A DNA stretch of 38,833 nt, taken from NCBI RefSeq assembly GCF_001194135.2, contig NC_068987.1:86577466-86616298 (forward strand). The letters are read 5' to 3'. The DNA comes from Octopus bimaculoides (lineage: Eukaryota). Positions 1 to 10,712 of this stretch are shown piece after piece. Made by a program: the position numbers and the translations under genes. Below the pieces are notes generated by a model, which was given only the letters and a program-made list of their open reading frames with translations, was not told the DNA's origin and ran no database searches. Position 1 is the first letter of the stretch; every line of letters begins with the position of its first letter.

Positions 1-80
1 CTCCGCTTGGCGGTCCGGACCAAACCAGACCCCGACCAACTCAACCGGACCGTCAGTCCAACGTCCCACGACGGAGGCGC

Positions 81-126
<46 letters not shown>
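81..126. repeat. (TAGA)n microsatellite
   Basis: Perfect TAGA tandem run. Confidence 0.98.
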
Positions 127-477
127 CAGGATTCCCTAATTATTTCAAGTGAAAGAGTTCATTATTACGTTTTTGAAAATAATTGCATTATGTAGAGTTG
201 TAAATAATGTGAATATTTCATATCCTGCATGAGAACTAAATTAAAAGTGACTTTGTTTATTATTTGAATCTGGTAAGCGATAAAACGCACACACACCATG
301 GTGTTCTGGTGATATGGTGTGCTAACTTACATTATCTGGGCTGGTATGTAAACATATAATCGTATCATGCATTTTGGTGTAGACATATAAGTATCTATTT
401 ATACTGTTCACTGAATTTATAATTACATGATGAAGGCTTCGAAAGGATACCGTAACACTTAGATTACAAATGGTTAT

Positions 478-478
478 T

Positions 479-510
<32 letters not shown>

Positions 511-580
511 CGTGTGTGTGCGTGTGTGTGTGAGTGTGTGTATGTGTGTGCGTGTGTGTGTGTGTGTATATATATATATA
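478..580. repeat. compound (TA)n/(TG)n microsatellite
   Basis: TA, TG (with CG/AG interruptions) and TA runs. Confidence 0.95.
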
Positions 581-1135
581 ATTTAAAGAAAAGAACCACA
601 ATTCCTGAACTCATCCATGAACATCCACTGTCATATATAGAAAAATTTAATAAGTAAATACACTAAAAAGAACTATAATAAAATGCAAAGTAATAATTAT
701 TAAAATAATAAAACGATTACACGTGTTTCATCCATTTAATTCTAGTAATAAAATCCTTAACAATATTAATAAGTTTCAAAATATATTCATCTCTAGATGG
801 AATGGCGATATCCTTCAAAGATGAATTCCAAAATAGCGGCTCTATCCTACCTGTAAATTCCATAACTATCGAAAATTGAAAGTTAAATACAAACAATAAA
901 CGTGAGTTATAAATTGAAATAAAATAATTATGATAATAACATTAGGGGTAATAATCCAAATTTACAGGAAAGACTCGATTTAATTTAATTTATCAAAATT
1001 AAGATTATTATTATTATTATTAATAGTAGTANNNNNNNNNNNNNNNNNNNNNNNNNNNNNNNNNNNNNNNNNNNNNNNNNNNNNNNNNNNNNNNNNNNNN
1101 NNNNNNNNNNNNNNNNNNNNNNNNNNNNNNNNNNN

Positions 1136-1250
1136 ATATATATATATATATATAAATATATATACGTGTGTGCGTGTGTATGTGTGTATGTATGTATGTA
1201 TGTATGTATGTATGTATGAATGTGTGTATGTATGTATGTATTCTCATACA
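1136..1250. repeat. (TA)n/(TG)n/(TATG)n compound microsatellite at gap edge
   Basis: Direct reading; explains the H/T/Y/I and V/C/M/Y ORFs in the track. Confidence 0.95.
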
Positions 1251-2142
1251 TATAGTTTCATGTGTGTATCTTCAGATTTGTATGTTTTATATATGTATTC
1301 TTATATTGCATGTGTGTATGTAAGTATATATGTATTCCCATGGATACATTTGCATGGCTGTCTGTCTGCCTGCCTGCCTGTATGTATGTATGTATGTACG
1401 TAGTAGGAGACTCTTCATTGAGTATGTTGATAAGTGGCTACACATTTTTAATAAAAATCTTTCGTAATCATGGCATATTCAGATAAAGCGCATACTGTTT
1501 GATGTCTGTTGAAAAGTAGCTTTCATGTACGGAATTAATTGTTTCCTATAACTTTAGGCGAAGCTGATTTCGAATATAGTTTCAGAGACCCATTCAAATG
1601 TAATGGTATATTCGTCGTGATTTACTTGCGAAAATATCATTTCTGTAAAACAATTATATTAATGCGAACAGATTTAATTAAAGGTAAGAAAAAAAAGACA
1701 ATTCTTTTTTTTTTTTTNNNNNNNNNNNNNNNNNNNNNNNNNNNNNNNNNNNNNNNNNNNNNNNNNNNNNNNNNNNNNNNNNNNNNNNNNNNNNNNNNNN
1801 NNNNNNNNNNNNNNNNNNNNNNNNNNNNNNNNNNNNNNNNNNNNNNNNNNNNNNNNNNNNNNNNNNNNNNNNNNNNNNNNNNNNNNNNNNNNNNNNNNNN
1901 NNNNNNNNNNNNNNNNNNNNNNNNNNNNNNNNNNNNNNNNNNNNNNNNNNNNNNNNNNNNNNNNNNNNNNNNNNNNNNNNNNNNNNNNNNNNNNNNNNNN
2001 NNNNNNNNNNNNNNNNNNNNNNNNNNNNNNNNNNNNNNNNNNNNNNNNNNNNNNNNNNNNNNNNNNNNNNNNNNNNNNNNNNNNNNNNNNNNNNNNNNNN
2101 NNNNNNNNNNNNNNNNNNNNNNNNNNNNNNNNNNNNNNNNNN

Positions 2143-2228
2143 CTCTCTCTCTCTCTCTATCTATCTATCTTTGTTTCTGTCTCTCTTTCTCTCTCTCTAT
2201 CTTTGTTTCTGTCTGTCTCTCTCTCTCT
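2143..2228. repeat. (CT)n/(CTAT)n microsatellite at gap edge
   Basis: Direct reading. Confidence 0.93.
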
Positions 2229-2782
2229 AATGTAATATGTGGAAACAGGAGTGCCTAAGGGAACCTACTATTCCGATTATTAGAACTACAATACAGGCGG
2301 AAGAAAAGGCATCCATAAAGCATTTTCATGAGCGTTACATTGTAATATTGCATTTGAATCATCGGAATTCTAAACACCAACATTTCACTCATTCAGAACG
2401 TAGTAATGTTTCGGATTCACCGTTATGGACATAAATCATTGCTTCTGGGATCTCCCAATAGTAAATAATTGTACATAAAATTCACTAGAAATAAAGGAAT
2501 CTTCTAAAGGAGCAAACCAGCAACTGTGAATGTTTACCAGTGCTATTAATTAATTCATTCGGCACACATATATGTTATGGACGCAAGTTTTCTGTCTCAA
2601 CTCCATTTTCTGGTATGAAAAGACTGCTGAGATTATGTGGTTCCTGCCTTCTGTTTTGTTTTATCTTTCCAGGAGTGTAAGTATTCTCGATGATATGTTG
2701 CACAATCTAAGCCTTTATTTTGTACTTCTGTACCTTCGCGGTTGATGTTAACAATGTGACAACATTATCACATGCTAATTTA

Positions 2783-2995
2783 AGGCGGCGAGCTGGCAGA
2801 AACGTTAGCGCGCCGGGAAAACTGCGTAGCGGTACTTCGCCCGTCTCTACGTTCTGAGTTCAAATTCCGCCGAAGTCGACTGTGCCTTTCAGCCTTTCGT
2901 GGTCGATTAAATAAGTACCAGTTACGCACTGGGGTTGACGTAATCGACTTAATCCCTTCCCCCAAATATCAGGACTTGTGCTTCCAGTAAAAATG
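2783..2995 (+). mobile_element. tRNA-derived SINE, family A (octopus OR/OK-like)
   Basis: Head AGGCGGCGAGCTGGCAGAAACGTTAGC, B-box-like GAGTTCAAATTCC, body GTCGAC..CCTTT..AAGTACCAGTTACGCACTGGGG; seven copies in the window. Confidence 0.85.
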
Positions 2996-3012
2996 ATTAT
3001 TATAAGCCACTT

Positions 3013-3161
3013 AAGCCGTCGCGCTGGCAGAATCGTTAGCACGCCGGGAAATACGTTTAGTGATATTTCGGCCGTGTGTTCGTTCACAGTTCAAGTTCTA
3101 CCGACGTCGATGTTTTGCCTTTCCTCTTTTCGGTGACGATAAAATGAATACCAGTTAAACA
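3013..3161 (+). mobile_element. SINE family A, diverged 3'-truncated copy directly after the previous one
   Basis: GCTGGCAGAATCGTTAGCACGCCGGG...GTTCAAGTTC...GTCGA...TACCAGTTA aligns to 2783-2995. Confidence 0.8.
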
Positions 3162-4489
3162 TTACTACAAATCTATTACCTTTGTGTGAATTCTGCCTCT
3201 ACATTGTTGCTTCATAATCCTTGACGGTACACTTGCAAATATACTTGAGCAATTTCATTTAATTGAGAAATTAAAATTGATAAATAACTGTCCGAAAAGA
3301 GCGGCAGTCAACTGTTTCTCTGTGTTAATTTCGTGCCAAACAAGCATGTTTTAGAAGCCTTCTACTTTTGTAGAGATATTTTAACACTGCCTTAGTGTTC
3401 CTCCTGTAATAACCGGGATGGTCCGCATATATAATGGAATATAATTAGTTAAATGAATTCGGAAGCCTAATCAAAAAGGATGCATTTGGCAACTGCACTT
3501 CGCCTGTGATATTTCTGATGTAAACATTTGATTAATGTCTGGTAAAGGATATTGAAGTTGTTCGTGGTTGAACTTGTATGAACTTCAAGTTTACTTAGTG
3601 GTTATGTCGAAACGGCGATAAAACAGGGATTTTGCTTCCGATTTTTATCGAAAGAGAAGCAGGAAAGGAGAAAGAGGAAGAAAGATTAAGAGATACAGAA
3701 AGAGAAATTAACGTGGCTGGAAAGAGAAGATAAAAACCATAAAGGAAATGACAATACACAATGCCAAGGAAAGGAGAAAGAGAAAAAAACGGTAAACTTT
3801 GAATGAAAAGATAAGTGGTTGAATAATAAAACAAAAACATTTTACAATATGAAAGAAGCGAAATGGATGGTGAGAGGTATATGTAAAAGAGTACAAGTAG
3901 AGGAAGTTGGTTATTTACACACAGACATCCAGAAGCATATATAGCATCATGGCCGTATGCATGTTTACGTGTAATTTTTAGTAAGTTTAAATAAAGTTTT
4001 GTTTCTCAAACGGGACAAAGATAAATCTTTTACGTAAGACCGAAAATATTTTGATTTCGTAGATTGCCTGAGTATATCAGGGACTTAGAGATCCGTAACA
4101 TAACATGTTCCAGACAGCGATTCAAACAGTCGGGGTATTCTGAGAGATCTATTTTGGGTCTGATATGGGAGAAACTAAATATTCTAAAAGTAACTTTCAT
4201 TACATTTGAATAGAATACAGGAACTTCTCCACTTGCTGATATATCCGGTTGTGACGTGAAATGATATTTGTGTCTATGTAAGTATACAATCACAAACACA
4301 CATAGACACATATAGATAATGATGCGTACACACATAGACAACCATACACATACATATATACATGTACGTATGCATGCATATGTACAATTAGATTTGCATG
4401 TATGTCTGCATGTATAACAGAAGGTGTGTACATGTCTTAAAGTTTAAAATTCTCTCGGTCTCAAACTCCACTTCTTCCGGTCTTTCGAT

Positions 4490-4540
4490 ATGTGTGTGTG
4501 TGTGTGTCTGTGTGTGTATCTGTGTGTGTGTGTTTGTATC
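4490..4540. repeat. (TG)n microsatellite
   Basis: Direct reading. Confidence 0.93.
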
Positions 4541-5338
4541 TATTTATATTATGAAGAGAATATAATCCGTGTTTGGACAAGTTTTACGGATTATTAACTN
4601 NNNNNNNNNNNNNNNNNNNNNNNNNNNNNNNNNNNNNNNNNNNNNNNNNNNNNNNNNNNNNNNNNNNNNNNNNNNNNNNNNNNNNNNNNNNNNNNNNNNN
4701 NNNNNNNNNNNNNNNNNNNNNNNNNNNNNNNNNNNNNNNNNNNNNNNNNNNNNNNNNNNNNNNNNNNNNNNNNNNNNNNNNNNNNNNNNNNNNNNNNNNN
4801 NNNNNNNNNNNNNNNNNNNNNNNNNNNNNNNNNNNNNNNNNNNNNNNNNNNNNNNNNNNNNNNNNNNNNNNNNNNNNNNNNNNNNNNNNNNNNNNNNNNN
4901 NNNNNNNNNNNNNNNNNNNNNNNNNNNNNNNNNNNNNNNNNNNNNNNNNNNNNNNNNNNNNNNNNNNNNNNNNNNNNNNNNNNNNNNNNNNNNNNNNNNN
5001 NNNNNNNNNNNNNNNNNNNNNNNNNNNNNNNNNNNNNNNNNNNNNNNNNNNNNNNNNNNNNNNNNNNNNNNNNNNNNNNNNNNNNNNNNNNNNNNNNNNN
5101 NNNNNNNNNNNNNNNNNNNNNNNNNNNNNNNNNNNNNNNNNNNNNNNNNNNNNNNNNNNNNNNNNNNNNNNNNNNNNNNNNNNNNNNNNNNNNNNNNNNN
5201 NNNNNNNNNNNNNNNNNNNNNNNNNNNNNNNNNNNNNNNNNNNNNNNNNNNNNNNNNNNNNNNNNNNNNNNNNNNNNNNNNNNNNNNNNNNNNNNNNNNN
5301 NNNNNNNNNNNNNNNNNNNNNNNNNNNNNNNNNNNNNN

Positions 5339-5430
5339 ATATATACATGTGTGTGTGTATGTATATAAATGTATGTATATGCATGTAGCTATATACATAC
5401 ATATATGTGTGTGTGTTTGTATATGTGTGT

Positions 5431-5479
<49 letters not shown>
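5339..5479. repeat. TA/TG then (ATAG)n microsatellite
   Basis: Direct reading; ATAG run 5431-5479. Confidence 0.95.
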
Positions 5480-5480
<1 letters not shown>

Positions 5481-5489
5481 TTGTGGGCA

Positions 5490-6055
5490 AATTGTCCAGT
5501 TGAATGTATTGAATCCATTTTGTAACACTTGCACAGAACATTGAATTTATACAATGTTCCTATATAAATGTCGGAGCTGACCAGCTGGTGATAAACGAGC
5601 TTGGAAGGGCTATATTGTTTCGAGACTATCATGAACAACACTGCCTTTTGCTTGGACAATTAAATTTCTATCGGCTTAGTTCGCTCGATGGTTGTCGCTC
5701 TGAGTGTTGACAGCCCTGTTGATATGACGATTTATTCGTTGGTTATCAATATCTGTTACTAATGTTCCCTTTGGAATACTACCCGCTTAAAGACTGGCAT
5801 GGTTTTGGTAGGAAATTAAATCTTTTATCCAGTTAAAGATAAGAATATTTTGAAAATGTCTACACGTCATGATAGTTATGTTTGTGATTTGGTTGACATA
5901 CATATTTTCATAGGCGTATTATTAATATACGAATGGGATTTTGGTGGGGGGAAATGAGCTTTGAGTAGAAATAGCATTTTAACTGAATCAAATGTGTAAT
6001 ATGAATGCAGTATCAGAGAAAATAACACTAACGTAAGAGAATTTCTATAATTCCA
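5490..6055 (-). pseudogene. putative decayed LRR coding segment with Cys-cap motifs
   Basis: TFDSVKMLFLL, HQNPIRIL, TFSKYSYL*LDKRFNFL (5809-5859), FNCPSKRQCC, FNVLCKC and LDNLPTNL in alternating minus frames. Confidence 0.4.
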
Positions 6056-6059
6056 ATAA

Positions 6060-6503
6060 TACGAGGTTGAGTCAAAAAGTAATGCCATTTCGTTTGGTAT
6101 AATTGCGAACACTGGAACATGTGTCGTACATCAAAATGAAGCTGGTCCTCTGTGTATCACATCCTTACTTCTCAAAATAGTCACCGTTTCTCTCAATAGC
6201 AATGTTCCACCTTCAAATGAGAGCATGTATCCCTGCCGCGTAAAATTCTGTTGACTGTTCTTTGAGCCAATTCTTCGCTACAGTTTTCACTTCCTCGTCA
6301 CCGGAATAATGTTTGCCTCACAAACCGTCTTTTGTGGCACCGAAGAGATGATAGTCTGAAGGCGCTAAATCTGACGAGTGCGTAGATAGTGAAGAAATGG
6401 CTCAAAGAACAGGGATACATGCTCTCATTCGAAGGTGGAACATTGCTATTGAGAGAAACGGTGACTATTTCAAGAAGTATGGATGTGATTCACAGAGGAC
6501 TAG
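6060..6503 (-). mobile_element. mariner transposon 3' remnant with one TIR and an internal inverted duplication
   Basis: TA+CGAGGTTGAGTCAAAAAGTAATGCC terminal repeat at 6060; minus strand reads DLAPSDYHLFGA...EEVKTVAKNWLKEQSTEFYAAGIHALI*RWNIAIERNGDYFEK, the mariner transposase C-terminus. Confidence 0.88.
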
Positions 6504-6518
6504 AGGGGGGAATCACAA

Positions 6519-6551
6519 ATACACAAACACACACACACACACATACATATG

Positions 6552-6588
<37 letters not shown>
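6519..6588. repeat. (CA)n/(TA)n microsatellite at SINE B tail
   Basis: Direct reading. Confidence 0.93.
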
Positions 6589-6589
<1 letters not shown>

Positions 6590-6747
6590 GATAGGCTTCT
6601 TTCTGCTTCCATCTACCAAATCCACACACAAGGCTTTGCTCGGCTCGCAGCTATAGTTGAAGACACTCGCCGAAGGTGGCACGCAGTGGGACTGAACCCA
6701 GAACCATGTGGTTGAGAAGCAAGCTTCTTACCTCACAGATATGCCTA
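6589..6747 (-). mobile_element. tRNA-derived SINE, family B (CORE-like)
   Basis: Reverse complement gives TGTGAGGTAAGAAGCTTGCTT..CCACATGGTTCTGGGTTCAGTCCCACTGCGTGCCACCTTCGGCGAGTGTCTTC; B-box GGTTCAGTCC and a CACCTTGGGCAAGT-like CORE segment. Confidence 0.85.
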
Positions 6748-6822
6748 TACATTTATACACATGTATTGGTTTGAAATTTTAGTGCAAGCCCAGCATATAT
6801 ATACATATGTGTGTGTGTGTGT

Positions 6823-6983
6823 GACGGGCTTCTTTCATTTTCCGTCTCCCACATCCACTCAATAGGATTTGGTCGGCCTATGCCATGGTAGAAACTCCCT
6901 CGCAAGGTGCCATGAAGTGTAACTGAACCGATATCCTTGTGATTGGGAAGCAAACGTCTTACCACTCAGCTATGCCTGCGCCT
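6823..6983 (-). mobile_element. SINE family B, second tandem copy
   Basis: Aligns to 6589-6747 and 30096-30260 (GACGGGCTTCTTTC...AAGGTGCCA...TTACCAC..GCCTGCGCCT). Confidence 0.82.
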
Positions 6984-7089
6984 ATGTATATACCCTTTAA
7001 AATATTCAGTTTCTTTAGTACTAGCATCATATCTACCAATTCATGCTAGATTTTTCCTTTTTATTTAATGACGTGTCCCGGTATGGCGT

Positions 7090-7979
7090 CGGTTAGCTGG
7101 TGTTGAAAAACTTACGTTCTAAGAAGGAATATAAAAAATGCTGCAATGTCAAGGAATACTAATCCTGCTGTACGCAACTTATATTCTAAACACGCTAAAC
7201 ACTGCTCAGTCTACATTCAGTGTTTCGTAGTCTCTAAGAGCGATTCGGATGCCATCTAATGTACTTAAGTCATGATAACCTTCTCAAAGTTATTACGTGG
7301 ATAGTTATTGTAGGTGAGAGACTTTTTCTCTGCTATCAGAGTCGCGTCCAGTTTTTAAAGTAAGTCTTTCTCAAGTTTCAATGTAACAAGCTCCTTCAGT
7401 AATTCGGTGGTTACGTTTGTTATTTCTGAAATAATCCATAGTCAACTAAGCAAGCGCCAAATCTCACACTGAAATGCAGAAACATTATAGTAGAAATCGA
7501 CAAAGGCTTATTGTATTGCGCATAAGAAAACTTAACTTATAACAACGCATCATAATATTGCCTAAGTCAGTCATACTCATAATGTTTGTCCTGGTTAGAC
7601 ACCTATTAAATACCTGGTTGGTTACTTATTACAGTTTGAGCCTAAGAAAACAAGATAGGATTTGCTATAACAGTCATACACCAGTAGTTTAATAATCTGT
7701 TAGGTTTCAAAGTACGAGTGAAATTAATTCCTATGATATGAAATGCATCAGATGCATTAGGAAGAATATTGTATTTCAAAAGGGAAAAGCAATATAGTAA
7801 AGGATGTTTTATAATTAACATCAGTGTATTTTAATTTTCGTAGAAAAGGAAAATAAGAAATAGGCTGCTATTGATTATATATTCAGTGACACACATATTA
7901 ATTCAGGAATTAAATTATATATAACGAATTCATATATGCATATACATATACATACGCGCACACACACTCACGCACACAA

Positions 7980-8053
<74 letters not shown>

Positions 8054-8400
8054 ATATACTTAGAAATTCAACACGATCATGTAACGAGCGTTTTGCTTTT
8101 CACCCTTTTTACTTCTAACCACATGTATTCATTTGAAATTTGTTTATTTTATTCATCAACTATTAGAATGAAATGGCTGAATCTCAACAGCCTATAAAGT
8201 TAACAAAAATCAATATTCCTAGCTACTCACATGGTATTTCCACAAAAAATATGTTCGTTTTAGTATCTCATCTGAATTATAAAATCTTTCCTTGCCATGC
8301 GGATTGAATAATATTATCTGATCTCGTTTTATGAATTTATTTTAAGCGTTCGTTAGTTTCATTCATGTTTAAACTCAATGAATTCAACACAAGATACAAT
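7090..8400 (-). pseudogene. putative decayed multi-LRR ectodomain, split by a (CA)/(TG) microsatellite
   Basis: LNSLSLNMNET (8355-8387), FPFLRKLKYTDVNYK (7808-7852), LKYNIL...DAF...LKPNRL with 23-aa N-to-N spacing (7693-7779), ISEI...LKELVTLKLEKDLL*KL...SLTYNNYPRNNF with 24-aa period (7286-7434). Confidence 0.5.
7935..8055. repeat. (CA)n/(TA)n/(TG)n microsatellite
   Basis: Direct reading. Confidence 0.96.
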
Positions 8401-8610
8401 GCATAAATTATTGACTCCGGGGATTTTTATTTGTTAATATTTAGACACTGTTCTACATTTCAGCTTATCTCCTGAGGTTTATATCCCATGCTTTAATGCT
8501 GAACTAATTGGGTGTAAGACGAGGCCTCCATAATTCATTCATCCTGAATATATTCCACCTCAGTACAGAAGAGCGTAGAGCGAGTATACCATCTATTATT
8601 GTTATCGTGC

Positions 8611-8752
8611 ATACATATGTGTATGTGTGAGTGTGTGTGGGTGTGAGTGTGTGTGTGTGTGTGTGTTAGTGTGTGTGTGAGTTTGTGTGTGTGAGTGGGT
8701 GTGTGTGTGTGTGTGTGAGTGTGCGTGTGTGTCTGTGTATATATACATATAT
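8611..8752. repeat. (TG)n microsatellite, interrupted
   Basis: Direct reading. Confidence 0.95.
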
Positions 8753-8924
8753 ATTTTTTGTCCAATTATATACACAAACAATTTCACATAAAAATGAATG
8801 ATTATTCAATACTTTAAGTAGAGTAAATGTTATGAAACTTATACAATAGTAATTATAGTGACTTAGAAGATTCGATCTCATAGCTTTCAACAGAATTTAC
8901 TGCACAATCGCTACTTTTTGCATT

Positions 8925-9460
8925 ATGTAGTCGTTGACAAGTTGCCTCTTTAGGTGGTGCTATATATATAGACCAATGGATGGGGAATTAAAAGACCACA
9001 TACTAGGGGTTATTTGAGGATAAAAATTTTCAGCCATCCATTCCTGTGTTAATAGAGCCACGTGTGACAGCGCAGAGTCTTACTGAAACACAAATGGCCA
9101 TCCATTAAATACACTGTCTATCCAGCGCTTAATCATTTCCATGACTTCAATGTAGGCGGCAGTGTTAACTCTAAGGCTTTGTGGAAAGAAGTAAGGAGGG
9201 ATTACATGTCCTTCATTCTGGCAACCCCTAAAACCATGACAGTTGCAGTAAATTTTGTATGCATAACACTTTGAACTTCAGAAGGGTCTGCACATAAACA
9301 TATGTCATTTCTTCTGTTAACTTTTTGATCTTGGTCAAAGTTTTTCCCGTTTGAGAAAAACCAAAATAAATCTTCAGGGAATTTTCCAGTTTGTTTAAGA
9401 GCATTTTAGATCTGATGTAGTGATTTCCATTTGGTTTTTCTAACAAATTGACCTTTCCTC
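8925..9460 (-). mobile_element. Tc1/mariner superfamily transposase fragment, maT (DD37D)-like, degenerate
   Basis: Minus frames read IRSKMLLNKL...FWFFSNGKNFDQDQKVNRRND...CADPSEV...MHTKFTATVMVLGVA...VNTAAYIEVM...QEWMAENF...MWSFNSP, matching the WFFSDEKNF / WPPNSPDLNP layout; no TIRs seen. Confidence 0.82.
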
Positions 9461-9464
9461 ATCA

Positions 9465-9472
9465 TATATGTA

Positions 9473-9514
<42 letters not shown>

Positions 9515-9570
9515 TGCATGCATGCATACATACATATGCGTATGTATGCAGGTGTGTTTGTGCGTGTATA
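9465..9570. repeat. (TA)n/(TGCA)/(TG) microsatellite
   Basis: Direct reading. Confidence 0.93.
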
Positions 9571-9989
9571 CATATGGGTGTATGGTACTATAATTACATG
9601 ATTGAATATTGAATTGTATATTCATAGCCTGGTACATTTATATATTTGCAAACTATTTCCTGTTATTGATTGGACATGACAAGATATGCGATTGACGCAA
9701 ATATATTACGATTCTGTAATAGTTAAGGACATGAACTATCCGACAATATAATATTTATATATGTTGGTCTTAAATGATTACAAACTAGAGTTTAACCCAT
9801 TTTGATAGTAATCAGGAAATCGGCCTTTGAAATTTAATCGAATTCAATTAATTGATGCTGATATAAATCAATAGTTATATAAGTTTTAATTTAAAAACAA
9901 AAAAACAAGTGTGTTGTAAATTGCAGTATATTTTTCGCCATTCTTTATATCATTTGCCAAATCAAACATAGGTTGATAAGAATGTATTG

Positions 9990-10285
9990 ATGTTACTGAA
10001 TCCCATTTTGTCTCCAGGACAATTTTAATAAATCTGCTACAGAATAATATTCTATTTAGTGTTTTGAGCTCAATCGTATATGCACTGAAGTAGTCACTTC
10101 AATGAGATGTTGTTTGATGTCATCCATACAATGGAGTTTCAGAACGCAAATGCATAGCAAATACTGCAATGCATTTTTTCCCGACAATCTAACGATCATT
10201 ACACACTGGGGTTTCAATAGATACAATCATATTGGAAGACGTTTAAGCAGCTGTTTAGAAATGACAAGTTATAGAAAGATAATCT
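9990..10285 (-). pseudogene. putative decayed LRR segment
   Basis: SFYNLSFLNSCLNV-(+1 shift)-SNMIVSIE (10213-10279); LLKLSWRQNGI (9999-10031). Confidence 0.42.
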
Positions 10286-10288
10286 TTT

Positions 10289-10480
10289 CTACTCAAGGCA
10301 CAAGGCCCGAAATTTTAGGGCAGGGGGCCAGTCGATTAGATCTACCTCAGTGCGTAACTGGTACTTAATTTATCGGCCCTGTAAGGGTTAAAGGCAAAGT
10401 CGACACTGGTGGGATTTGAACTCAGAACATAAGATAGACGAAATACCGCTAAGCACTGCGCTCGGCGTGCTAACGTTTCT
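10289..10480 (-). mobile_element. SINE family A lacking its first ~14 nt
   Basis: Reverse complement aligns to the family A body; its tail (GGGCCTTGTGCCTTGAG) differs from that of the adjacent copy. Confidence 0.85.
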
Positions 10481-10712
10481 TATTTCTTTATTGCCCACAA
10501 GGAGCTAAACATAGAGGGGACAAACAAGGACAGACAGAGGGATTAAGTCGATTACATCGACCCCAGTGCGTAACTGGTACTTAAGTTATCGACCCCGAAA
10601 GGATGAAACGCAAAGTCGACATCGGCGGAATTTGAACTCAGAACGTAACGGCAGACAAAATACCGCTAAGCATTTTGTCCGGCGTGCTAACGCTTCTGCC
10701 AGCTCGCCGCCG
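10481..10712 (-). mobile_element. SINE family A, full length, subfamily with GGGCAATAAAGAAATA tail
   Basis: Near-identical to 20681-20914. Confidence 0.9.

Larger units (their letters stand above)
2230..3600 (-). pseudogene. putative decayed Toll-like receptor C-terminal region (LRR, Cys clusters, TM-like, TIR-like), interrupted by two SINEs
   Basis: Minus-strand motifs in descending order: LSKLEVHTSSTTNNF (3554-3598), CSCQMHPF* (3471-3497), TVDC (3304-3315), CKC (3229-3237), then one frame reading LVCSFRRFLYF**ILCTIIYYWEI...SE*VKCWCLEFR (WCxxEF-like TIR motif, 2362-2388)...CIVVLII. Many stops and frameshifts. Confidence 0.45.

Noticed and set aside
2783-2900. tRNA gene calls at SINE heads
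   Set aside because: A/B-box-like heads run into SINE bodies and lack an acceptor stem; they are tRNA-derived SINEs, not tRNAs.
7936-8890. H/T-, C/V- and I/Y-repeat ORFs here and elsewhere (e.g. 13091-13373, 17440-17802, 33278-33709)
   Set aside because: Translations of CA, TG, TA and ATAG microsatellites.
9228-9446. LRR-like look of LLKFKVLCIQNLL
   Set aside because: It is an alternative frame of the maT-like transposase; a useful warning that LRR-like strings arise by chance.
10102-10290. Plus-strand PDNLTIITHWGFNRYNHI, superficially LRR-like
   Set aside because: Spacing is wrong, it is isolated, and it is antisense to a better minus-strand LRR match; treated as background.
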